From: Pseudomonadota bacterium
GTDB taxonomy: Bacteria; Planctomycetota; UBA8108; UBA1146
NCBI GenBank assembly: GCA_017859655.1
Contig: JAFMMO010000001.1
Location: 1 to 49,138, forward strand
Length of the DNA: 49,138 bases
Reading direction: 5' to 3'
Part shown: positions 32,561 through 42,544 of the stretch, one piece after another
Layout of the letters: every line of letters begins with the position of its first letter
Position numbering within the stretch: position 1 is the first letter of the stretch
The notes under the pieces: generated by a model
Databases searched by the model: none
What the model was told of the DNA's origin: nothing
Seen by the model: only the letters and a program-made list of their open reading frames with translations
Program-made: the position numbers and the translations under genes

Positions 32561-33988
32561 TTGAAGCGCTCTTCCGCCCATCGCCCCTTCGTCGTCGTCG
32601 GTGGAGGCGTCTCCGGCCTCGCCGCGGCGGCGACCCTCGTCGGCGCCGAGCCCGCCTCCGGCATATCGGTGATCGTCTGCGAGCGCGAAGGCGAGCTCGG
32701 CGGCAAGGCGCGGACCCTCGAGCTCGACGACTTCCGGATCGAGACCGGCCCGGTCACCTTCCTCGATGACACCCCGGCCCTCACCGAGTGCATCCGCGCG
32801 GCGGGACTGGAGGAGGAGCGGGTGCGGGCGCAGCGGGTCGCCGGGCGTCGCTTCCTGATCCGCGCGGGGAGGATGCGGGAGGTGCCGGCCCACCCGCTCC
32901 GGTTCATCCGATCCGGGCCGCTCGGACTCCCCGGCCTGCTCCGCCTCCTCGCCGAGCCCCTCGTCCCCCGCGCCGCGCCGGACCGTGTCCGGGATGAGAC
33001 GGTGGAGGCCTTCGCCCGCCGCCGACTCGGGGCGCGCGCGGCGGAGCGCCTCGTGACGCCCCTCGTCCGCGGGGTCTGGGCGGGGGATCCCGCGCAGCTC
33101 TCCGTGGTCTCCGCGTTCCCCCGCTGGGCGGAGCTGGAGCGAACTCACGGCTCCCTGCTGCGGGGGATGCTCGCCGGACGACGCGGAGGCGCGGCGGGGG
33201 CGGAGCCCCGGGAGCTGGGGAGCCGCGCGCCGAGCTCGTTTCGCGGGGGAATCGAGGCGCTGCCGCGCGCCCTCGCCGCGCTCCCCGGAGTGGAGGTGCG
33301 TCTCCGCACGACCGTTCGATCGATCACCCGGGCAGGGCAGGAGTGGAGGGTCGAAGGGTCCGTCGGGCCTCCCATCGAAGCGGCCGGCGTGATCCTCGCC
33401 GGGGAGGCGCGACCGATGGCCGCGCTGCTGGCACCGACCGCGCCGCGGACCGCCCAGGCCCTCCGCACCCTCCACTCACCGCCGGTGACGATCGTGGCCC
33501 TCGGCTACCCCGCCGCCTCGGCGGCGCGGTTCCCGGAGGGATTTGGCGCCCTCGCGGCCCCCGGCGCCGGCGTACGGCTCCTCGGCACCCTGTGGGATGG
33601 GAGGATCTTCCCCGACCGCTCCCCCCCCGGCCAACTCCTCGTCCGGGTGATCTACGGGGGATCGGTGGACCCCGAGAGCGCGGCGCTCGACGACGACAGG
33701 CTCGCGGCGCTCGCCCACTCCGAGCTCGATCGTCTCCTCGGACTCCCCGAGCCCCCCCGGCTCTCCCATGTCATCCGGTGGTCCGAGGCGATCCCCCAGT
33801 ACGACCTCGCTCATCTCACCCGGCGGGAGACGGCGGAGGAGGAGCTCGCTTCTCTGCCGGGACTGGAGCTCGCCGGGACCGCGCTGAGCGGCGTCTCCTT
33901 CGGGAAGGCGGTCGAGGCGGGGACGGCGGCGGCGGCGCGGCTCCTCGCCACACGGGCGAGGGGTGCGTCCGCCCCGGGTCCCGACTAG
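32561..33988 (+). CDS. hemY: FAD-dependent protoporphyrinogen/coproporphyrinogen oxidase (HemY type)
   Basis: Dinucleotide-binding VVVGGGVSGLAAA, then EGELGGKART, FLIRAGRM..VP, and C-terminal LELAGTALSGVSFGKAVEAG. The start is uncertain. I chose the in-frame TTG at 32561 just before the Rossmann motif. The ORF upstream of it overlaps the preceding gene and is low-complexity. Confidence 0.75.
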   Translation: MKRSSAHRPFVVVGGGVSGLAAAATLVGAEPASGISVIVCEREGELGGKARTLELDDFRIETGPVTFLDDTPALTECIRAAGLEEERVRAQRVAGRRFLIRAGRMREVPAHPLRFIRSGPLGLPGLLRLLAEPLVPRAAPDRVRDETVEAFARRRLGARAAERLVTPLVRGVWAGDPAQLSVVSAFPRWAELERTHGSLLRGMLAGRRGGAAGAEPRELGSRAPSSFRGGIEALPRALAALPGVEVRLRTTVRSITRAGQEWRVEGSVGPPIEAAGVILAGEARPMAALLAPTAPRTAQALRTLHSPPVTIVALGYPAASAARFPEGFGALAAPGAGVRLLGTLWDGRIFPDRSPPGQLLVRVIYGGSVDPESAALDDDRLAALAHSELDRLLGLPEPPRLSHVIRWSEAIPQYDLAHLTRRETAEEELASLPGLELAGTALSGVSFGKAVEAGTAAAARLLATRARGASAPGPD

Positions 33989-34003
33989 CGGCGGGCGGTG
34001 GCG

Positions 34004-34495
34004 TCAGGACTTGCGGCGGGAGCGCCTCTCCTGGGTGCGCTGGCGACCCTCCGAGAAGCGGCGACGCTCCTCATCGTTCTGCGGGTCCACCGGGGGCACC
34101 GTGGTCGGGCGGCCATCCTCGTCGAGGGCGACGAAAGTGAGGTAGGCGCTCGAGGTGTGGGTGAGGACCCCGGTGTGCGGGTGTTCCCCGAGCACCTTGA
34201 CCCCGACCTCCATCGAGGTGCTGCCGGTGCAATTCACCGAGGCCTTCAGCAGCATGAAGTGTCCCTCGGGGATGGAGTGCAGGAACTCCACATGGTCCAT
34301 GGCGGCGGTGACCACCGGTCGGCGGCAGTGGCGGATCGCCGTCATGGCGCAGATCAGGTCCATGGCGTGGAGGACCTTGCCGCCGAGGACGTTCCCGTGG
34401 GTGTTCGTGTCGTTGGGCAGGATCAGCTCCCGGGTCTCGACCTGACTCTCCGCCGGCGCCCGCGGCGGTGGGCTCGCCCCTCCCTTGTCGCTCAT
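34004..34495 (-). CDS. acyl-CoA thioesterase (hotdog fold, YciA/Acot-like)
   Basis: ILPNDTNTHGNVLGGKVLHAMDLICAMTA, VVTAAMDHVEFLHSIPEG, STSMEVGVKV. The ATG at 34495 overlaps the polX stop (ATGA). Confidence 0.8.
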   Translation of the reverse strand: MSDKGGASPPPRAPAESQVETRELILPNDTNTHGNVLGGKVLHAMDLICAMTAIRHCRRPVVTAAMDHVEFLHSIPEGHFMLLKASVNCTGSTSMEVGVKVLGEHPHTGVLTHTSSAYLTFVALDEDGRPTTVPPVDPQNDEERRRFSEGRQRTQERRSRRKS

Positions 34496-36246
34496 GAGAT
34501 CCCCGCTCGGTTGCGGCGCGCCCGCAGGCGCCCCAGGTAGCGCTCGATCGGCCAGGTGTTCGTGACCTGCTCGGAGGTGAGGCCCGCCTTGCGGGCGACA
34601 CCGATGCCGTGGCGGACATCGTCGATCCCCGCGATCGAGTGCGCGTCGGGGTGGATCCCGACCTCGACTCCGAGGTCCCGCACCCGCCCCCCCCACCGCC
34701 AGTCGAGGTCGAGGCGGTGCGGGCTCGCGTTGATCTCGACGATGACCCCCTCCTCCGCGGCGACCGAGAGCAGGTGCTCCATGTCGCAGTCGTAAGGATC
34801 CCGCCGCAGGAGGAGGCGCCCGGTGGGGTGCCCCCAGACGGTGGTGAAGGGGCTGCGGAGCGCCCGCTCGATGCGGGCGGTCTGGGTCTCCCGGTCGAGG
34901 GAGAAGTTCGCGTGGACCGAGGCGACGACATAGTCCAGCTCGGCGAGGACCTCATCCGGGTAGTCGAGGGAGCCGTCGGGGAGGATGTCGGACTCGATCC
35001 CGTGGAGGATGGTGATGTCGTCGAACTCCTCGTTCAGCGCATCGACCTCCGCCCGCTGTTCGCGGAGCTCCGCGATGGAGAGTCCCCCGGCGTAGGAGGC
35101 GGTCCTCGAGTGGTCCGCGGTGCCGTAGTACTCCCACCCCTTCGACCGCGCCGCCTCGACCATCTCCCTCAGGGAGTTCCGGCCGTCCGACCAGGTGCTG
35201 TGGTTGTGGAGGATCCCGCGGAGGTCCCCCACCTCGACGAGCGTCGGGAAGGACTCGGTCTCCGCGCCCTGCTCCACTTCGCCCAGGTCCTCCCGCAGCT
35301 CCGGCGGGACCGGCGCGAGGTCGAGAGCGCGGAAGATCGCGTCCTCGTCGGCGGTCTCGATCCGCTCATCCTCCGCATCCCCATCCGCGACCCGCCAGAG
35401 GCCGTACTCGTTCAGCTTCCACCCGCGGTCCTTCGCGAGCTGCCGGAGGCGGGTGTTGTGCTCCTTCGACCCCGTGAAGTAGTGGAGGGCCGCCGGGAAC
35501 TCGATCGGCGCGACGATGCGGAGGTCGACCCCGATCCCCTCGCTTGAGACCACCCGGCACTTCTTCCTTCCCTCCGCCGCGACCGACTCGATCCCCGGGC
35601 TCCCGAGGAAGGCGGCGCGGGCCGGCTCCCCGTCCTCCGCCGCGACGAGGATGTCGACATCGCCGATCGTCTCCCGCCGGCGTCGGAGGCTGCCGGCGAT
35701 CGCCGCGCGCTGCACCCCCGGCGCGCTCTCGACGGCGAGGAGGAAGCGGGCCGCCACCTCCTCGGCGACATGGGTGAGGGAGCGGCCGGCGAACTTCTTC
35801 ATCCGCTCGATCCCGGCGAGGATGTCCGCCTCGCTTTTCGGGCCGAAGCCCTTGAGACCCCGTACCTGCTCCTGGCGGAGGGCCGCCTCGAGCTCGGCGA
35901 TGCGGGTGATCCCCAGCCCCTCCCAGATCGCCCGAACCTTCTTCGGCCCGACCCCGGGAATGCGAAGCCACTCGAGGAGCTCCGCCGGGACGGAGGCTCG
36001 GATCTCCGCGGCCTCGGCGGACGATCCCCCGGTCACCGCCTCCTCGATGATGGCAGCGAGGGAGCTCCCGATCCCCCGGATGGAGGTGACCTCCCCCGCC
36101 TCGACGAGGCCGGCGAGGTCTCCCTGCCAGGACTCGAGGCTGCGCGCCCCGTTGCGGAAGGCGCGCACCCGATGGCCGTTCGCGCCGGCGATCTCGAGGA
36201 TGTCCGCCAGCTCGAGGAGCTCGTGCACGATCTCGATCGTCTGCAT
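34492..36246 (-). CDS. polX: family X DNA polymerase with C-terminal PHP phosphoesterase domain
   Basis: N-terminal HhH region (IVHELLELADILEIAGANGHRVRAFRNGARSLE; IRGIGSSLAAIIEE; IPGVGPKKVRAIWEG). Pol-beta palm GSLRRRRETIGDVDILV. PHP motifs LHNHSTWSDG, ADHS, GIESD and HPTGR. Confidence 0.9.
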   Translation of the reverse strand: MQTIEIVHELLELADILEIAGANGHRVRAFRNGARSLESWQGDLAGLVEAGEVTSIRGIGSSLAAIIEEAVTGGSSAEAAEIRASVPAELLEWLRIPGVGPKKVRAIWEGLGITRIAELEAALRQEQVRGLKGFGPKSEADILAGIERMKKFAGRSLTHVAEEVAARFLLAVESAPGVQRAAIAGSLRRRRETIGDVDILVAAEDGEPARAAFLGSPGIESVAAEGRKKCRVVSSEGIGVDLRIVAPIEFPAALHYFTGSKEHNTRLRQLAKDRGWKLNEYGLWRVADGDAEDERIETADEDAIFRALDLAPVPPELREDLGEVEQGAETESFPTLVEVGDLRGILHNHSTWSDGRNSLREMVEAARSKGWEYYGTADHSRTASYAGGLSIAELREQRAEVDALNEEFDDITILHGIESDILPDGSLDYPDEVLAELDYVVASVHANFSLDRETQTARIERALRSPFTTVWGHPTGRLLLRRDPYDCDMEHLLSVAAEEGVIVEINASPHRLDLDWRWGGRVRDLGVEVGIHPDAHSIAGIDDVRHGIGVARKAGLTSEQVTNTWPIERYLGRLRARRNRAGIS

Positions 36247-36285
36247 TCCTGGCTCTCCCTGCTCATTCCGCGGTCGGAGGGTGGG

Positions 36286-38907
36286 TCATCGCCCCCCGGC
36301 CTCCGCGAGTCGCCGCTCCACCTCCGCGGCCCGCCGCGAAACCCGCGCGTCCGGCGCGCGCTCCCGCGGCCAGTCCCGTCGGAAGACGCCCCACTCCTCG
36401 CGGGCGCGCGTCTCCTCCCCCGCCTCGGACAGGGCGAGCACCCGCTCCAGCCTCCCGAAGAGGACCAGCTCCGGCCACGGGTGGAAGCGCAGATCATCGG
36501 CGACGACGCGCAGGCCGGCAAGGGAGTCCGCCGCCGTCCGCGGATCACCGGCGAGGCGGGAGCGGCGCGCCGCCGCGAGGAGGGAGAAGCCATCGGCGAG
36601 GCGCCCCGCCCGGGAGTCGACGGGCCAGGCCTCCCCCTCCGGGAGCACGAGATCCTCGAGGAGGGATCGCTCGATGGCCGCCCGCAGGATCACCGTCTCC
36701 GGCCGTCCCGGCTCCAGCTGCTCGGCACGCTCCAGGGCGCGCAGAGCCGCCTCGGTCGAGCCTCGGAGGACCTCCAGCGCGGCCTCCACCCGGGACGCCC
36801 GCCCCGGATCGGCGCGGTCGACGATCTCTCCGGCCCGGGCGAGCGCGGCCTCGAACTCGCCCCCCAGCGCGAGGGCGAAGGCGGTGGCGACGGCATCTTC
36901 GGTCGACGCGGCGGGACGGCGGGCCGCGCCGGCGGCCGCCGCGAGGCGACCGGTCTGGGCGAGGAAGGGGACGCGCAGGCGGGCCTCCGGCCCGTCGACC
37001 TCCGCCTCGATGATGCGATCGCGGAAGGAGGCGATCGCCTCGTCCCTCGGGCCGAGCGCGAGGCGCCGGGCATGCTCGAGTCGGACCGCCTCGGTGGTGC
37101 GAACCGGGCCTTCGAGGAGGCGCAGGCGATCGAGGGCGCCCCCCATCTCGGGGATGCTCCCCCGCCGCCACGCGAGCTCCACCCGGATCCGGGCGACCCA
37201 GGGCTCGATCGGGCCGGGGTCCTCCGCACTCCTCCCGAGCCGCTCCGTGAGGCGGGCATCGGACTCGCGGGGGTCGAGGATCGCGAGGAGGAGGTCGACC
37301 CGACGAGCCACGGGATGGTCCGCTCCCCAGCGGAGAGCGCGTCCGCGCACGGGGATGGAAAGGACATCGTCGAGGAGGCGAGCAGGGACGCTGTCGGTTC
37401 CGCTCAGGGGGGAGAGGAGGGCGGCGGCCTCGTCAACGCGACCCTCGCAGAGGCGCAGGGCGGCCATCCAGCCGGTCGCCTCCGGGAAGGCCCCGGCGCT
37501 CGCTCGGGCCCGGGAGAGGAGAGCCAACGCCTCACCCCGCGCCTCTCCCGTCGCGCTGCGGACCCCCTCGACGAAGAGGAGGAGCGCCTCCTCCGGTCGC
37601 CCGGCGATCGGCCCGGGGCTCTCTCCGAGGATCGCGGTCGCGACCGACGTCGCGAGGGGGAGGGCGCCCGCCCCGAAGGCGCTCCCGGCTCGACCGTTCG
37701 GTCCTCTCCAGCTCGCGCGCCACTCCCCGGTCCCGGCGGCGCTCCCCCCGATCTCGACCGTGCCGGTGATCGGCGTCCCGTCCCCCGGAGCGAGCAGCGC
37801 GCTCCCCGGGTCCGCCTTGGCGGTGAGGAGACGCAGGAGATCCGCGACCGTCCCGGCGGCGGCGCTCTCCTCTCCGCCGGGGCCGGTCCACGCCCCGATC
37901 GTCGGGGCGCCCGCGGCGATCTCCGCTCCCCCGCCGGGAGACCCGATCCCGAGCCACCCTCCGACCCGCACCCCGACCTCGTCCCTGGCGCTCACGGCGA
38001 TGAGCACGAGGAGACCGAGGAGGAGGGCGCCCGGGAGAGGGAAGCGACGACCCTCCGCGGCGCGCCGGCGCAGGCGGAAGATCCGCTCGAGCTCGAGGAG
38101 GTCGACGTCGCGGCCGACCGGCTCGCGGGAGAGCAGCCGGGCGATTCGATCGGAGAGCTCGCTCGGCAGGTCCGGGCGCAACTCCCGAGCGCGCGGGGCG
38201 GGGTTCCGTTGGAGCGCACGCACCTCGGTCTCGTCCCCCTTCTCCCCTCCGAAGGGGAGCGTACCGGTGGCGAGCTCGAAGAGGAGCACGCCGAGGGCGA
38301 AGCGATCGGTCGCGGGGGTCCGCGGCTCCCCCCGAAGGAGCTCCGGTGCCATGTAGGCCGGAGTCCCCCAGATCTCCCCCGGGGCGATCTCCTCATCCGC
38401 CACGGAGAGTCCGAAGTCGAGGAGCTTCGCCCGCCCCGGCTCCCCCGCGACGACGATGTTGTCCGCCTTGAGGTCCCCGTGGACGATCCCCCCCTCGTGG
38501 GCGTGCGCCACCGCCCCGGTGATGTCGCGCCCGAGGCGCAGCAGATCGAGGAGGGGGAGCTCGCCTTCCCGGAGGCGGGCGCGGAGGGTCGGCCCCTCCA
38601 CCCACTCGAAGGCGATGAACGCGAGGCCGGTGCGGGAGTCGACCCCCGCTTCGTACACCTGGGCGATGCGGGGGTGGGAGAGGCGGGAGACATGGCGCGC
38701 CTCCTCGATCAGCGCGAGGGCTCCCCCGGGCTCGTCGAGGACCTTGATCGCGACGATCCGGTCGAGGGTCGTGTCGGTCGCCCGGCAGACGGTCCCCACC
38801 CCTCCGCGCGCGACCACCGACTCGATCCGATACTGCTCGATCGTGGCGGGCTCGAAGCCCCCCCCGCTCGGGCGCGAGGGGGGAGGGGCCCCCGGATCAT
38901 CGGCCAT
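36286..38907 (-). CDS. Hanks-type Ser/Thr protein kinase with one TM segment and large helical-repeat (TPR-like) C-terminal domain
   Basis: Kinase motifs ARGGVGTV, AIKVL, HGDLKADNIVV, DFGLS and GTPAYMAPE. TM segment GALLLGLLVLIAVSA. The ATG at 38907 overlaps the rimK 3' end by 11 nt. Confidence 0.85.
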   Translation of the reverse strand: MADDPGAPPPSRPSGGGFEPATIEQYRIESVVARGGVGTVCRATDTTLDRIVAIKVLDEPGGALALIEEARHVSRLSHPRIAQVYEAGVDSRTGLAFIAFEWVEGPTLRARLREGELPLLDLLRLGRDITGAVAHAHEGGIVHGDLKADNIVVAGEPGRAKLLDFGLSVADEEIAPGEIWGTPAYMAPELLRGEPRTPATDRFALGVLLFELATGTLPFGGEKGDETEVRALQRNPAPRARELRPDLPSELSDRIARLLSREPVGRDVDLLELERIFRLRRRAAEGRRFPLPGALLLGLLVLIAVSARDEVGVRVGGWLGIGSPGGGAEIAAGAPTIGAWTGPGGEESAAAGTVADLLRLLTAKADPGSALLAPGDGTPITGTVEIGGSAAGTGEWRASWRGPNGRAGSAFGAGALPLATSVATAILGESPGPIAGRPEEALLLFVEGVRSATGEARGEALALLSRARASAGAFPEATGWMAALRLCEGRVDEAAALLSPLSGTDSVPARLLDDVLSIPVRGRALRWGADHPVARRVDLLLAILDPRESDARLTERLGRSAEDPGPIEPWVARIRVELAWRRGSIPEMGGALDRLRLLEGPVRTTEAVRLEHARRLALGPRDEAIASFRDRIIEAEVDGPEARLRVPFLAQTGRLAAAAGAARRPAASTEDAVATAFALALGGEFEAALARAGEIVDRADPGRASRVEAALEVLRGSTEAALRALERAEQLEPGRPETVILRAAIERSLLEDLVLPEGEAWPVDSRAGRLADGFSLLAAARRSRLAGDPRTAADSLAGLRVVADDLRFHPWPELVLFGRLERVLALSEAGEETRAREEWGVFRRDWPRERAPDARVSRRAAEVERRLAEAGGR

Positions 38908-39820
38908 CGGCACCGTCCTCCCCCCGAGAGCGCGCCCGGGCGTGCAGCTCCTCAAGGAGGACGATCGCCTCGCCCGCGAGGTCGAGCCCGGTGGCCCCCT
39001 CGATCCCCTCGAGACCGGGGGAGCCGTTCACCTCGACCACCACCGGTCCCTCCGGACCGGCGAGGAGGTCGACCCCCGCGAAGCGCAGCCCGACCGCGCG
39101 GGTCGCGGCGAGGGCGACCTCGCGCTCCTCGGCGGACGGCACGATCGGCTCCGCCGCCCCCCCGCGATGGAGGTTCGGCCGGAACTCCCCGGCCCGCGCC
39201 CGGCGGCGGATGGCGGCGACGACCCGATCTCCGACGACGAGGAGGCGCCGATCCTCCCCGCGGGCGGTCGCGATGAACTCCTGCACGAGGTGATCCCGTC
39301 CTGTGACGATGAGACTCTCGAGGATCGCCACGGCGGTCGCGGTCGTCTCCGCCAGCATGACGCCGCGTCCCTGGGCGCCGCTCGTCGGCTTGATGACCAC
39401 CGGCGCCCCCCCCACCGCCGCGACGGCGCGATCGAGGTGGTCGAGGTCCTTCGCGAAGATCGTCCGCGGGGTGGGGAGCCCGGCCGCCACGAGGCGCTCC
39501 GCGGTGCGGAGCTTGTCCTGGGCGACCGCCATGCCGTCGAGGTCGTTCAGCGGAGTCGCCCCTGCGGCGATGAGGCACCGCCCGAGGGAGAGGGCGAGGG
39601 ATGGCAGGTAGGCCCCCAGGCGGGGAATGAGCGCGTCCAGCGGAGGGAGCTCCACCCCATCGAGCAGGAGCGCCGGCCGGGGAGCGGCGGCACCGCCGAG
39701 GATCACGGCGCCGTCCAGAAGGCGGAGCGGGACCATCTCATGCCCGCGCCGCTCCCCCGCCGCGATGAAGCGGGAGGTGGTCGAAAGCTCGATGTCCTTG
39801 GAGATGAGCCCGATCCGCAT
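38897..39820 (-). CDS. rimK: RimK-family ATP-grasp alpha-L-glutamate ligase
   Basis: MRIGLISKD..., VVIKPTSGAQGRGVMLAE, HLVQEFI, AGVDLL....PVVVEVNGSPGLEGIE. Confidence 0.85.
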   Translation of the reverse strand: MRIGLISKDIELSTTSRFIAAGERRGHEMVPLRLLDGAVILGGAAAPRPALLLDGVELPPLDALIPRLGAYLPSLALSLGRCLIAAGATPLNDLDGMAVAQDKLRTAERLVAAGLPTPRTIFAKDLDHLDRAVAAVGGAPVVIKPTSGAQGRGVMLAETTATAVAILESLIVTGRDHLVQEFIATARGEDRRLLVVGDRVVAAIRRRARAGEFRPNLHRGGAAEPIVPSAEEREVALAATRAVGLRFAGVDLLAGPEGPVVVEVNGSPGLEGIEGATGLDLAGEAIVLLEELHARARSRGEDGADGR

Positions 39821-39957
39821 CGGCCGACCTCTCCGTCCATCCCTCGGGTGGAGACAGGGGTTCCCGCGCCGACGGGAAGCGGGGCCCCGTCGCGGGATCG
39901 GGGGGAGGGTAAATCAGCGGGTGGGAGAAGTCATGACGATCCCCGGCGGATCGGGGC

Positions 39958-40533
39958 TCAGGCGCGGCTGAGGTCGAGCACGGAGTCGTACGCCATGCTC
40001 GCGGAGCGCTTCTCCGCGGTCTCGGCGTTGTAGATCGAGAACTCCTTCACCTCACAGCCGTAGCAGTGAAGGCTGATCGCCATCTCCTCCCGGTCCGCGT
40101 TCGCCATCCGATGGATGTCCACGTGCGGAGGGAAGACGGTGCCGACCGAGCCGGCGGCCCCGATGAAGGTCTCCACCGGCATCAGGCAGCGGTGTCCCTC
40201 GATGTCGGATTCCCCGTAGTTGACGAACTTCATCCGACCGCGGGCCACCCCGAGCACGCCCCAGCTGGGATGGTCGTGCAGGGGAGTGCCCTGACCCGGC
40301 CGCCAGACGAGGGCGAGCATCGAGTAGCGATCGGCGGGGTCGACATGGATGAGGTGTCGGGAGTACTTCTGCTCTCCCGGCGGGAGCTGGGCGAGCTCCG
40401 TCTCGAGGGCATGGGGAAGGAAGCGCTCGAGGACCTCGATGGTCCCGTTGATCCGGTCCCGATCGGAGGACCAGCGCTCGACGACGCCGTCCATCTCCGC
40501 CACGAGGGCGTTCAGGGTGCGAATGCCAACCAT
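39958..40533 (-). CDS. cysteine dioxygenase type I-like cupin protein
   Basis: YSRHLIHVDPADRYSMLALVWRPGQGTPLHDHPSWGVLGVARGRM. ATG at 40533 with GAAGGAAGGA upstream. Confidence 0.7.
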   Translation of the reverse strand: MVGIRTLNALVAEMDGVVERWSSDRDRINGTIEVLERFLPHALETELAQLPPGEQKYSRHLIHVDPADRYSMLALVWRPGQGTPLHDHPSWGVLGVARGRMKFVNYGESDIEGHRCLMPVETFIGAAGSVGTVFPPHVDIHRMANADREEMAISLHCYGCEVKEFSIYNAETAEKRSASMAYDSVLDLSRA

Positions 40534-40787
40534 GGGCGAATCCTTCCTTCGCTCCCGCTCCCTCGACCTCGCGGAGCCGGCCCCTGCCGCCTCGGGATCG
40601 AGCCCCCGGGGGCTTCTCCGACCCTTCCAAGGTATCGCTCCCGCCCCGACCCGACAAGCGTCGCAGGGCCTCGGAGGCTTGATGCGGGGGAGATTCACCC
40701 CCAAGATCAGCGGGTCCTCTCGCCCTCTCCCCCCGACGGGGGCCCCGCGCGGGCGTCGACGACCATCCTCCCACCACGGAGTCCCCG

Positions 40788-41237
40788 ATGGCCTTCTCCC
40801 GGATCCTCCTCCCGACCGACTTCTCGGAGTTCTCCCTCGCCGCCTGCTCCCCCGCGATCGAGCTGGCCCGCGCCTTCGACGGCCGCATCGACCTCCTCTT
40901 CGTCCTCGAGGACCTCCCCCCGGTCCCCATCGCGACCTTCGAGCACCTGCCCTTCGGGACCACCGAGCGCTTCTACGAGGAGTCGCGAGGACGGGCCGCC
41001 GAGACGATGGAGGAGACGGTGCTCGCGCGGATCCCCGAGGCGGTCCGCGGGGAGAGCCACATCCTGCGGGGGCCCGCGGCGCACACCATCGTCCAGGCCG
41101 CCCGGGACTTCGGCACCGACCTGATCGTCGTGTCGACCCACGGTCGCTCCGGCCTGAAGAACGCTCTCCTCGGGAGTGTCACCGAGAGGATCGTCCGCAC
41201 CGCGCCCTGTCCGGTCCTCACGGTCCGGGGCGAGTGA
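40788..41237 (+). CDS. universal stress protein (UspA family)
   Basis: FSRILLPTDFSEFS..., DLIVVSTHGRSGLKNALLGSVTERIVRTAPCPVLTV. Confidence 0.9.
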   Translation: MAFSRILLPTDFSEFSLAACSPAIELARAFDGRIDLLFVLEDLPPVPIATFEHLPFGTTERFYEESRGRAAETMEETVLARIPEAVRGESHILRGPAAHTIVQAARDFGTDLIVVSTHGRSGLKNALLGSVTERIVRTAPCPVLTVRGE

Positions 41238-42540
41238 CGCCAGCCTCGGTCTCCCGCCGGGAGCGCACCTCGCGACCGAGCTGAAGCGCGGTGACCCCCG
41301 CGATCACGGCGTAGAGCAGGCCGACCCCGACCGGGCCAGCGACCCATCCCCCCCCGCGGGTCGCCGCGAGGAGCGCGAAGAGATGCGCGCCGACGACATC
41401 CCCTCCCCGGTAGACGAGGGTGTCGATGCAGGCCTTCGTCTTGTACTTCGCCTCGTCCCCCACGACCGTGAAGACGACATTGCGCGTCGGGGCGGCGAGC
41501 CCGTAGGCGAAGGAGCGCCGCGTCGCCTCGAAGGCGAGCAGCGCGCCGAACACCGGCGCGCTCGCGACGAGCAGGAAGCCGAGGGCGTAGACCGCGGGGA
41601 GGAGGAGCAGCGTCCCCCCGATCCCGAGCCCGCGCACCAGCAGGCGGAACCCGAGGAGCTGCAGGAGGAGGGTCAGCGCCTGGGTCGCGGTGTCGGTCCG
41701 GGCGAAGAGCGCGCGACGGGCCTCGTCCGTGACCTCGGCGGTCGCGACCCACTCCGCGCGGAGGAAGTAGGCGAGGGACGCGCAGACGGTGAGGAGGAAG
41801 GTGAGGGTCGCCGCGCGGCGAAGGAGCGGCTGACGGACGAGCTCGACCGCCCCCGCGAGCACGGAGCCGCCGACGGGGGCATCCCCTCCCCCGGGATCCC
41901 CCCGGCGCCCGACCGCCCGGGCGCACGGCACGGTGCCGAGGAGGAGCGCGGTGGAGAGGAGGAGCAGGCCCTCGATCGCCCAGCTCCCCGCCAGCCGGGC
42001 GGTCAGCTGGGAGCCGATGATCCCCCCCACGCTCCCGAAGGCGGAGATCACCCCGAAGAGCCGGAGCCCCGCCGGATGGGACCATCGATCCGCCATCAGG
42101 CTCCAGAAGATCGAGACGACGAAGAGGTTGAAGACCGATACCCAGACGAAGAACACCCTCCCGATCGCCACGCTCCACTCGGGTCGCGCCCGGAACAGGA
42201 CCGCGAACCCGAGGAGCTGGAACGCGAAGAGGAGCGTGCTCCCCACGACGAAGCGGGACCTCCCGACCCGGGAGACGATCGCGCCGTGGATCGGGGTCAG
42301 GACGAGCATGGCGAGGAAGGTGGCGAGGAAGAGCGCGGCGAGGGTCGAGGAGTCTCCGGCGATCCCGGCGGTGTCCCGCAGGGGCCGGAGGATCGAGTAG
42401 CCGCAGAGGAGCAGGAAGAAGTAGGCCCCGCTCGCGAGGAGCAGCTGCCCCTCGGTCGGCCCGTTCGACTCGGGAGGCCCGGAGCGCGCTGGCTGCCCGG
42501 GGGACCCGGCGGACGGCGCCGCCGGCTCGACATCGCTCAA
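41218..42540 (-). CDS. multi-pass membrane transporter resembling the TLC/AAA (ATP:ADP antiporter-like) branch of MFS
   Basis: About 11-12 hydrophobic segments. FFLLLCGYSILRPLRDTAG and VFNLFVVSIFWSLMADRWS..GLRLFGVISAFGSVGGIIG resemble the TLC-family N-terminal and FW..fA motifs. TTG start with GGAGGAG upstream, 4 nt after the thiI stop. The 3' end overlaps usp by 20 nt. Confidence 0.6.
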   Translation of the reverse strand: MSDVEPAAPSAGSPGQPARSGPPESNGPTEGQLLLASGAYFFLLLCGYSILRPLRDTAGIAGDSSTLAALFLATFLAMLVLTPIHGAIVSRVGRSRFVVGSTLLFAFQLLGFAVLFRARPEWSVAIGRVFFVWVSVFNLFVVSIFWSLMADRWSHPAGLRLFGVISAFGSVGGIIGSQLTARLAGSWAIEGLLLLSTALLLGTVPCARAVGRRGDPGGGDAPVGGSVLAGAVELVRQPLLRRAATLTFLLTVCASLAYFLRAEWVATAEVTDEARRALFARTDTATQALTLLLQLLGFRLLVRGLGIGGTLLLLPAVYALGFLLVASAPVFGALLAFEATRRSFAYGLAAPTRNVVFTVVGDEAKYKTKACIDTLVYRGGDVVGAHLFALLAATRGGGWVAGPVGVGLLYAVIAGVTALQLGREVRSRRETEAGVTRPGP

Positions 42541-42544
42541 GGCC

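Noticed and set aside
40679-40707. TTGATG-17-CAAGAT as a promoter for usp
   Set aside because: The -10 matches only 3/6 positions. This is not distinguishable from chance.
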